In this document: in pieces, positions 8,684-15,350 of the stretch
Layout: the number at the start of each line of letters is the position of its first letter
Position numbering within the stretch: the stretch's first letter is position 1
From: an uncultured bacterium
GTDB lineage: Bacteria > Chlamydiota > Chlamydiia > Chlamydiales > SM23-39
Reading direction: 5' to 3'
DNA: 41,785 nt
NCBI GenBank assembly: GCA_964458995.1
Contig: CAYWKW010000003.1
Span: 1-41,785, forward strand
Program-made: the position numbers and the translations under genes
Notes under the pieces: generated by a model
The model's database searches: none
Seen by the model: the letters and a program-made list of their open reading frames with translations, nothing else
What the model was told of the DNA's origin: nothing

Positions 8684-8977
8684 AATGCCTCCATATGGAC
8701 TTTAAATTCTACAGAATTATACAGATAACCTATTGATAAATAAACTGAAAATAAATATAATAAATAAAATAAAAATTGATGCTATCAAATTTATTCAATT
8801 ATGAAATGAGAAGTAAATAATGAATCGTGGTGGCTTTTCTTGGGGCGATTGTTAGGAATTTCTGCATTTAAGGCTAGAATCTCAAGAGCAATAGGTATCC
8901 CATTGACTAGATCAGAAAGGCAGAGGAAATTAGGGGCTTTTGTTGAAAAAATTTATCAAGTATTTCATATTCAATTA

Positions 8978-9553
8978 TTAAACGACTAATTCGTGCGCAC
9001 TCAAGCCAAACAACTTGAGAACTTCGTGCCTCTTTAGCAGCTTTCTATGGGGCGGGAGGAGGTGCGCCTGTGTTCTTCGAAAATAAATCCTTTTTAGATG
9101 GTTCTCAAGAGTCCCTATCAGATTATGGATATCATTAAGAGTACTACAGCTTTTTTTATATTCTTGGGCTGCTAATCTGGAATTAGAAATATGGCCTACA
9201 GGATGTAGCCCAAAAAGATTTCTTCCACCGGCCTCATTCACTGCCTTAGCAACCCTGTGATCTCTGGCTAAGGTTGCCAATTCTACATCAACAGATTTTT
9301 GAAATTCTGCATCTTTAGCAACTAAACCTGGCACATAGTGTCGTTTGAACAGAAGGTGCTCGATTTTCTCTCCCAGCCGCTCCGCATAAGCATAGAATCT
9401 TTGATAGCATTCCTTATAAATAATCACATGCTTTTGAGGTTCATTTGTTGTTTGTGAAATTATAGTTTCTAATCCGTCCAAATAATCAACAATCTCATCA
9501 ATTTCTCTGTTTAGCGGAAGTAGGAATTTTTCATATTCATGTTCATCCATCAT
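8978..9553 (-). CDS. Hypothetical protein
   Basis: 191-aa ORF downstream of the XRE gene, with GAGGA RBS. The C-terminus RKLLKRHEVLKLFGLS weakly resembles the start of an AlpA-type HTH. Confidence 0.6.
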   Translation of the reverse strand: MMDEHEYEKFLLPLNREIDEIVDYLDGLETIISQTTNEPQKHVIIYKECYQRFYAYAERLGEKIEHLLFKRHYVPGLVAKDAEFQKSVDVELATLARDHRVAKAVNEAGGRNLFGLHPVGHISNSRLAAQEYKKSCSTLNDIHNLIGTLENHLKRIYFRRTQAHLLPPHRKLLKRHEVLKLFGLSAHELVV

Positions 9554-9580
9554 AACTATTTTTGATCCTCATATTAATTA

Positions 9581-9805
9581 TCATTCATCCAAAAAATATC
9601 CGAAAGGCTTCTCTAACGTCTTTGCGATTTTTTCTAAACTTTCGAGTGAAGGGATCGATATTCCCGTCTCATAGCGAGAAATGCTCTTTTGCTTAGCTTT
9701 GATCAGCTCGGCGAGCTGATCCTGACTTAGATCCTTCTCGATTCGAGCAAGCTTGATTTTTTTTCCTAATTTTTTTTTGTCCATATTCAAACTTTTCTTT
9801 GTCAA
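9581..9805 (-). CDS. XRE-family HTH transcriptional regulator (start may be the ATG at 9784)
   Basis: LGKKIKLARIEKDLSQDQLAELI...SISRYETG..IPSLESLEKIAKTL is a typical HTH_3 sequence. Confidence 0.9.
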   Translation of the reverse strand: MTKKSLNMDKKKLGKKIKLARIEKDLSQDQLAELIKAKQKSISRYETGISIPSLESLEKIAKTLEKPFGYFLDE

Positions 9806-9829
9806 AATATACCTTTAGTGGTATATTTT
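9804..9829. promoter_or_regulatory. Candidate operator palindrome between the XRE gene and the recombinase operon
   Basis: aaaatatacc-tttagt-ggtatatttt is a perfect 10-bp inverted repeat with a 6-bp spacer in the divergent promoter region. Confidence 0.55.
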
Positions 9830-9874
9830 AGTCTTTAAAGGAATAAAATTCCGTTTCGAAGGCAAGAAGATCCA

Positions 9875-10039
9875 ATGGCCATACTGGCAAAAGACGAACA
9901 GCCTCTAACCGAAGAAAGCATAAGCTTGAATTATTCGGACAACGCTGCCGTCAAACGGCTTCTCGATGTTATCGTTTCCATTCTTGCTGAAGACTATATC
10001 CAAACCGCTAAAGAAAATCCTGAAATTTTTTCAAAATAA
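9875..10039 (+). CDS. Small protein (54 aa) upstream of the recombinase, candidate directionality/accessory factor
   Basis: MAILAKDEQPLTEESISLNYSDNAAVKRLLDVIVSILAEDYIQTAKENPEIFSK*. Its stop abuts the GGAGG RBS of the recombinase. Below the ORF-track cutoff. Confidence 0.6.
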   Translation: MAILAKDEQPLTEESISLNYSDNAAVKRLLDVIVSILAEDYIQTAKENPEIFSK

Positions 10040-10049
10040 GGAGGCCTCC

Positions 10050-11720
10050 ATGAGAGTTGCCATTTACGCTCGATACTCATCAGAGAATCAGAGCGAAAAG
10101 AGTATCGACGACCAAGTTCGCGTTTGCCGTAAGCACATCCAAGAAAACGGCTTCTTCTTTGATGAGAAGCACGTGTATGCAGATGAGGCCATTTCAGGAT
10201 CAGTTATTCAGAGGCCTGGATTACAGGCTTTAGAAAAAGCTATGGAGAACAAAGAGTTTGATGCTGTTGCTGTCGACGATCTGTCCCGACTTTCCCGAAG
10301 CAATCATCAAATGCTGACATTGGTCAATAAATTCGCTTTTTACCAAGTGAAGATCATCTCAGGCTCAGATGGCATTGTTACCGATGACGACAACTCTAAG
10401 CTGGGAGTTCATATTCGCGGACTGATTAATGAATTGTATCTGGATGACTTGAGAAAAAAGACCATGCGTGGACTAGAGGGCCAAAGATTGAGAGGATACA
10501 ACACTGGAGAGAGCGTTTATGGCTATAAGTCTTGCCCTGTTGGAGAACTAAAGCTTAATAAAAAAGGCCAGCCCAAATACGAAGGCATGGTTTTGAAAAT
10601 TAATGAGGAAGAAGCCTCTATTGTTAGACGCATTTTCAAAGAGTTCAACGAGGGCAAAAGCACCCATGCAATTGTACGGGATTTGAATATCGATAAAATG
10701 CCCACAAAGAAAAACAAGTCTGGCGGCTGGGCAACTTCTACTGTCTGTAGAATCCTAAAGAATGAGAAATACGCAGGCCACTGGATTTGGCGAAAATATA
10801 AAAACGTAAGAGATCCAATGACAGGTAAATCTAAGAAAGTTCATCGATCAGACAAAGACCGGATCATCTCTTTTAAAAAGGAGCTTTGCATTATCGATGA
10901 GGATACTTGGGAAAAGGCAAAAAAGAGGTGGTTAGAATTGGAGGGAGCTTGGCCAATGAATAAACAGTCCAAGAGAACCTCTGGAAAGGCCATCAGCTAC
11001 GTCCATTCTAACCCCACTCACCTCTTCGCTGGTCAGATGCAGTGCAAGGCATGCGGAGGGGCAATTGTCCAGGTTTGCGGCAAAGCCGGTGGGTATTACG
11101 GCTGCTACAACGCAAGAAGGAAAACCTGCACCAACAAGTTGACGATCCGGAGAAGCCGTGTAGAGGATATCCTGCTAAGTTCTCTAAAGGAGAGAATTCT
11201 AACTGCTGAGAATCTGAAGTACATCTATGACAATGTAGAGAAGATTGTTGCAAAGAGCTTGAACGAAGTTCCTGAAGAATTGAAGCTAAAGAGAGCTCAG
11301 CATGAAAAAGTACAAACTGAACTGCAGAATTTGTTGAACTTCATAAAGTCTGGGAATTTTTCCAAGCTGGTATCAGAAGCAATTACAGATGCTAAAGGTC
11401 GCAGTGAAAGATTGAAACATGAAATGCAGTCTATGGAATTTCAGACGAAGAATGCTTTCAAAGCTCCACCTAAGGAATGGATTCAGCATCGGCTGGATAA
11501 ATTGATCGAAACATTAAAAATGAACACCCAAGCTTCTGCTTTAGCTCTGAAGGATTTATTGGGAACTATTGAGATGGAAGGTGTACCTGGAGAATGTATG
11601 GTTGAGTCTGGAAATCTTCTCCAGACTAAACCTTACTATGTGGCCTATTCCAGTATCGATACCCTTGCGCTCATGGATGAACCCAAGGGTACGAATTGGT
11701 CTCTACTACGGAAGAGGTAG
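10050..11720 (+). CDS. Large serine recombinase (resolvase, recombinase and zinc-ribbon domains), 556 aa in the integrated state
   Basis: MRVAIYARYSS (catalytic Ser), SIDDQ, DEAISG..RPGL, DDLSRLSR, YGY, ILKNEKYAG and C-KAC...YYGC...C zinc ribbon. GGAGG at 10040-10044 supports the ATG at 10050. Confidence 0.95.
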   Translation: MRVAIYARYSSENQSEKSIDDQVRVCRKHIQENGFFFDEKHVYADEAISGSVIQRPGLQALEKAMENKEFDAVAVDDLSRLSRSNHQMLTLVNKFAFYQVKIISGSDGIVTDDDNSKLGVHIRGLINELYLDDLRKKTMRGLEGQRLRGYNTGESVYGYKSCPVGELKLNKKGQPKYEGMVLKINEEEASIVRRIFKEFNEGKSTHAIVRDLNIDKMPTKKNKSGGWATSTVCRILKNEKYAGHWIWRKYKNVRDPMTGKSKKVHRSDKDRIISFKKELCIIDEDTWEKAKKRWLELEGAWPMNKQSKRTSGKAISYVHSNPTHLFAGQMQCKACGGAIVQVCGKAGGYYGCYNARRKTCTNKLTIRRSRVEDILLSSLKERILTAENLKYIYDNVEKIVAKSLNEVPEELKLKRAQHEKVQTELQNLLNFIKSGNFSKLVSEAITDAKGRSERLKHEMQSMEFQTKNAFKAPPKEWIQHRLDKLIETLKMNTQASALALKDLLGTIEMEGVPGECMVESGNLLQTKPYYVAYSSIDTLALMDEPKGTNWSLLRKR

Positions 11721-11735
11721 GATGCCCTCTCGCAC
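11688..11735. other. Right attachment junction (attR-like), inside the 3' end of the recombinase gene
   Basis: ggtacgaattggtc (11688-11701), core CGGA at 11709-11712, then host arm agaggtaggat, which supplies the TAG stop. Confidence 0.85.
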
Positions 11736-11843
11736 GAGCTTCGCTCGTTGCTACCGGGCCGGCGATTTTTTTCGGGTTCAACCGAAAAAAATTCGAATCC
11801 TACCACGAAACGCACGCAGGTGCGTTTCTTCTTCCGATAAAAT
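11709..11843. repeat. tRNA-Ser 3'-end-regenerating palindromic repeat, unit A (135 bp)
   Basis: Direct repeat of 1428-1534 with an extra hairpin tttttttcgggttcaaccgaaaaaaa. Directly abuts the tRNA 3' end. Confidence 0.9.
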
Positions 11844-11930
11844 CGGAAGAGGTAGGATTCGAACCCACGGACCCCTCGCGAGGCCTCCTGTTTTCAAGAC
11901 AGGTGCAATCGGCCGCTCTGCCACTCTTCC
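11844..11930 (-). tRNA. tRNA-Ser (anticodon UGA), CCA not encoded
   Basis: Minus strand GGAAGAGTGGCAGAGCGG...CCTGT-CT-TGA-AA-ACAGG, long variable arm, GGTTCGAATCC...CTCTTCCG. Confidence 0.97.
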
Positions 11931-12127
11931 AAAATAAGGTACAATTCTACAATGTTTAAGTAGTTAACTTCAAGGAAATTTGGCGAAGTTCCACTTAACC
12001 TTTTTCTCGAAGAGCAGATGAGCAAAGCGAATCCGCCTAATGGACGAGCGAAGCTCGCCTGAGGGCTTCTCCCCCGCTTAACGCTAATTTTCAAAGAAAA
12101 TAGCGGAACTCAACCTGAGGTAAGCCC

Positions 12128-13159
12128 TTAAGGAAATTGTTCGAGAAAACGGAGATCGTTTTCGGTAAAGAGCCGAATGTCCCGTATGTCATTGAGAAGC
12201 ATCGTAAGCCGCTCTATACCCATCCCCCATGCATAACCAGTGTAACGCTCAGGATCAATGTTGCCTTTGCGGAGAACGGCAGGGTGCACCATGCCCGCTC
12301 CAAGAATCTCTAGCCAGCCCGTGTGCTTGCAAATGCGACAGCCAGCGCCTTTGCAGGAAATACAACGGACGTCCACTTCAAGGCCAGGCTCAACAAAGGG
12401 AAAATAGGAGGGCCGGTAACGGGTCTCAACCTTCTGGCCAAGAAGCTTGGAAAGAAATTCATCCATGGTGGAAAAGAGATCGGCAAAGGTAACGCTATGG
12501 TCAATGTAAAAGCCTTCAACTTGGTGGAAAAAGACGTGAGAGCGGGCCGAGATGTCCTCGTTGCGGAAACAACGGCCGGGAGCAATGATTCGAATGGGGG
12601 GCGTGAGACTCTCCATGGCGTGAACTTGCACGTTGCTGGTGTGGGTGCGGAGAAGGAGGTCGGGCGTGATGTAGAAGGTGTCTTGCATGTCGCGGGCCGG
12701 ATGGTCGGGGGCAAAGTTGAGCCCCTCAAAGTTGTAGTAGTCTGTGTCGACGTCAGGTCCAAGACGGACGGAGAAGCCCATGCCAATGAGGATGTCCACT
12801 ATGCGGTTGAGGGCCGTGGTAATGGGATGGAGGTGGCCTTGCAGACGGCGGCGGCCCGGGAGTGTGGCATCGAGCCATTCGTGCTTGAGCCGCTCGTTTA
12901 GCTCGGCTTGCTTGACGCGGGCTAGGCTGTGGTCGCAATGGAGGGTAAGCTCCTCCTTGAGGTCGTTGATGGCTTTGCCAAAATGGGGGCGCTCTTCGGG
13001 AGGACAGCTCTTAAGGGAGAGCATGAGGGCCTGAATGGGACCCTTCTTGCCAAGATATTTGATTTTGAGATTCTCAAGATCCTTGGAGTGGTTGGCCTCC
13101 TTCAATTCGCTCATAAAGGTAGAGCGAAGTTCGCTGATTTGATCAGATAAGGAGGCCAT
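12128..13159 (-). CDS. pheS: Phenylalanine-tRNA ligase alpha subunit
   Basis: HPARDMQDTFY, LLRTHTS, FHQVEG, RPSYFPFVEP and GMGIERL motifs; follows rplT. Confidence 0.98.
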   Translation of the reverse strand: MASLSDQISELRSTFMSELKEANHSKDLENLKIKYLGKKGPIQALMLSLKSCPPEERPHFGKAINDLKEELTLHCDHSLARVKQAELNERLKHEWLDATLPGRRRLQGHLHPITTALNRIVDILIGMGFSVRLGPDVDTDYYNFEGLNFAPDHPARDMQDTFYITPDLLLRTHTSNVQVHAMESLTPPIRIIAPGRCFRNEDISARSHVFFHQVEGFYIDHSVTFADLFSTMDEFLSKLLGQKVETRYRPSYFPFVEPGLEVDVRCISCKGAGCRICKHTGWLEILGAGMVHPAVLRKGNIDPERYTGYAWGMGIERLTMLLNDIRDIRLFTENDLRFLEQFP

Positions 13160-13171
13160 GGTGACCTTGGT

Positions 13172-13531
13172 TTAAGTTACGAGGCCTTTTTTGGCAGATC
13201 CAGCGATGGCGGTGAAGGCACCTGGGTCGCGGATGGCAAGGTCGGCAAGCACTTTGCGGTTAATGCCGCAACCAATGCGCTTCAGTCCGTCAATCAGCCT
13301 AGAATAGGAAAGGCCGTTGATCTTAGCTGCTACGCCAATTCGCGTAATCCACAGACTGCGAAAATCACGCTTGCGGAGCTTGCGGTGCTTGTAGTTAAAG
13401 GCCAGCGCAGACATCAACGCGTCTTTGCTGAGTTTCAAGTGGTTTTTACGGTCTCCATAAAAGCCAGCACAGCGCTTCAGGAGCTTCTTGCTTCTACGGC
13501 GAGCTGCAACCGAATTGGTAATTCTAACCAT
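13172..13531 (-). CDS. rplT: 50S ribosomal protein L20
   Basis: RKRDFRSLWITRI, YSRLIDGLK and INRKVLADLA motifs. Confidence 0.97.
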   Translation of the reverse strand: MVRITNSVAARRRSKKLLKRCAGFYGDRKNHLKLSKDALMSALAFNYKHRKLRKRDFRSLWITRIGVAAKINGLSYSRLIDGLKRIGCGINRKVLADLAIRDPGAFTAIAGSAKKGLVT

Positions 13532-13535
13532 TGTC

Positions 13536-13730
13536 TTAAGCTCCTATCATTCTTTTGTACATTTTTAATTGTCCATCATCGACAAGACGGGGCTTGGCCA
13601 AACTGCGTTTGCGCTTGGAGCTCTTTTTCGTCAGGATGTGGCGACGTCCCGGACGGGTTCTCTTGAGCTTACCTCGTCCTGTTACTTTAAAGCGGGCTTT
13701 CATCGCCTTACGGGTTTTCATTTTAGGCAC
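13536..13730 (-). CDS. rpmI: 50S ribosomal protein L35
   Basis: GTG start at 13730 gives MPKMKTRKAMKARFKVTGRGK...HILTKKSSKRKR. Confidence 0.95.
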   Translation of the reverse strand: MPKMKTRKAMKARFKVTGRGKLKRTRPGRRHILTKKSSKRKRSLAKPRLVDDGQLKMYKRMIGA

Positions 13731-14289
13731 GGTTGGGTTCTCCCATTTTCTTATTACTGCCCTCAGGGGCACTGGTTGTTGTTTTAGGCCGCTTGCCGCT
13801 CGGTGATAAAACGGTCGTCATTGTACGGCCCAGTAATTTTGGCGGCGCTTCAACAATCGCAATCTCAGCAAGTTCCTCACAAAACTGCTTAACGACTCTT
13901 TGCCCGAGGTCAATGTGGAGCATTTCTCGGCCACGGAACATAATGCTGATGCGCACCTTATTGCCTTTGAGTAAAAACTCTCGGGCGTGTTTCACTTTCG
14001 TTTGGAAATCATGCGTGTCAATATTCGGCTTGAGCTTGATTTCCTTAACTTTGATCACAACTTGAGCTTTCTTGCTCTCTTTTTCCTTCTTCGCTTGATG
14101 GTAGCGAAGTTTGCCGTAATCAATGATTTTCGCAACAGGCGGCTTCGCCGTGGGCGCTATCTCTACGAGATCCAGTCCCATCTCTTCGGCTTTCGCCAAC
14201 GCATCTCGGAGTGTCATGATTCCAAGCTGCTGTCCATCTTCCGTTATGACTCTAAGCCGGTCTGCACGAATTTCTCTATTTATTCTCAA
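13723..14289 (-). CDS. infC: Translation initiation factor IF-3
   Basis: INREIR, LDLVEIAP..KPPVAKIIDYGK, KEIKL and FRGRE motifs; TTG start. Confidence 0.97.
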   Translation of the reverse strand: MRINREIRADRLRVITEDGQQLGIMTLRDALAKAEEMGLDLVEIAPTAKPPVAKIIDYGKLRYHQAKKEKESKKAQVVIKVKEIKLKPNIDTHDFQTKVKHAREFLLKGNKVRISIMFRGREMLHIDLGQRVVKQFCEELAEIAIVEAPPKLLGRTMTTVLSPSGKRPKTTTSAPEGSNKKMGEPNRA

Positions 14290-15220
14290 CGTTCACCAAC
14301 AGGTTCTTTTCTACTAAATGAGCCAACATCTGGTCCATGCGGATCGAGATTGCGGCCTCCTTTTTAGAATTCCTTTTTACCTGAACAACAGGATGACTTC
14401 TGCCAATCCCATCTTCTATCCAATAATCAACCTCCGACCCATTGGGCACGGTAAAGTGATTAAAGCCTAAGATAGTAAGTGTTTTTCCAATCAATTGCAA
14501 GTAAGAAATCATTTCCCCTTTCGATGGGCCAAAAAAACTTATTTGAATCTCCTTGTCCCCGATGACTTCGGCCACTTTAGAATGTCCCAACAAACTTCGA
14601 TCGGCTTCCAGCGGAGCCGCTATTTCCAAGATGCCGTTAAACCACTCTTTTTTCAAAAATTGAATGAGCTGATTTCTCATCTGAATGCCGGGCGGAAGCC
14701 AAATAGGGCCTTTCCAATAGCCCATTTTTTCGCCGATTATGGCGGGCTCAGTGTACTCGTCGAGTTTTTTCAAGAATTGTTTTAATTCTTCTTTCGAGGC
14801 GGCGCACCAACCAGTAATGCGCATCCCTTTTTCAGGCAATTCTTCTACTGAAATTTTAAATGCAGCTAATTCTGCAGTATTCTTCAGGTGGGGGCCTGGA
14901 GAGAGATCATGAAAAGATCCGATTTGAATGATTTCTACAAGGCCGTCTTCAAGCTCTTCAAGGCGGGCCAGATGCCCCTCTTTTTTGAGCAGCTCAGAGG
15001 CGCTAAAGGCGACCATTTCCAGCGTGCGGATGGGGCGCCGTTCGCGGACGATTTGGCGCATCCTCTCTTCAATGAGATGAGCGTGAATGGGATGGGGAAA
15101 ATATAACTCGTAAAAAAACCCTGTGTCGGTCTCTCCTCCTCCGAGGAGTTGGATGTCTGGGTAGATCTCATGGACGGCTGCTGCCGCAATTTCAGCCGCT
15201 GTGCGGCGCAAAGTATTCAA
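14276..15220 (-). CDS. Degenerate threonyl-tRNA synthetase-like protein (editing-domain region plus eroded remainder)
   Basis: TLRRTAAEIAAAAVHEIYP..GFFYE, IEERMRQIV and FHDLSPGPHLKNT resemble the ThrRS N2 domain. Only 314 aa, in the canonical thrS position before infC. Confidence 0.75.
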   Translation of the reverse strand: MNTLRRTAAEIAAAAVHEIYPDIQLLGGGETDTGFFYELYFPHPIHAHLIEERMRQIVRERRPIRTLEMVAFSASELLKKEGHLARLEELEDGLVEIIQIGSFHDLSPGPHLKNTAELAAFKISVEELPEKGMRITGWCAASKEELKQFLKKLDEYTEPAIIGEKMGYWKGPIWLPPGIQMRNQLIQFLKKEWFNGILEIAAPLEADRSLLGHSKVAEVIGDKEIQISFFGPSKGEMISYLQLIGKTLTILGFNHFTVPNGSEVDYWIEDGIGRSHPVVQVKRNSKKEAAISIRMDQMLAHLVEKNLLVNVENK

Positions 15221-15234
15221 ATCTTTATCATGGT

Positions 15235-15308
15235 TGGGATGTAGCTGACTCGAACAGCTGACCTCTACGATGTCAACGTAGCGCTCTAACCAACTGAGCT
15301 AACACCCC
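15235..15308 (-). tRNA. tRNA-Val (anticodon GAC)
   Basis: Minus strand GGGGTGTTAGCTCAGTTGGTTAGAGCG-CTACG-TT-GAC-AT-CGTAG...TTCGAGT...ACATCCCA. Confidence 0.96.
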
Positions 15309-15350
15309 AAGTTAAAACGGAAAAGATCATACTAGATCAGAGATTACCGA

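Larger units (their letters stand above)
1535..11712. mobile_element. Serine-recombinase integrative element (genomic island), 10,174 bp between CGGA cores, downstream of tRNA-Ser
   Basis: Shared CGGA core at both ends, 14-bp perfect sub-terminal inverted repeats and a large serine recombinase at the right end. Removing the element restores a junction matching the empty one at about 11795-11858. Visibly more AT-rich than the backbone. Confidence 0.9.

Noticed and set aside
9966-10049. N-terminal extension of the recombinase given by the ORF track
   Set aside because: The GGAGG RBS and the family N-terminus point to ATG 10050; the extension overlaps the 54-aa ORF.
1428-11843. Treating the whole ~107-bp direct repeat as the attL/attR target duplication
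   Set aside because: Serine recombinases cross over at a 2-bp core. The element-side inverted repeats centre on GA within CGGA, so the long repeat is better explained as tandem units outside the element, although a role in their origin cannot be excluded.
1428-11858. Repeated cggaagaggtaggat and 107/135-bp units as a CRISPR array
   Set aside because: There are only two long units with near-identical interiors, no unique spacers and no cas genes; the repeat derives from the tRNA 3' end.
11569-12094. ORFs 11569-11937, 11696-11959 and 11894-12094
   Set aside because: They overlap the repeat unit and tRNA-Ser and are shadow frames.
14276-15220. Functional threonyl-tRNA synthetase (thrS)
   Set aside because: Catalytic and anticodon-binding motifs are not recognisable and the length is about half normal.
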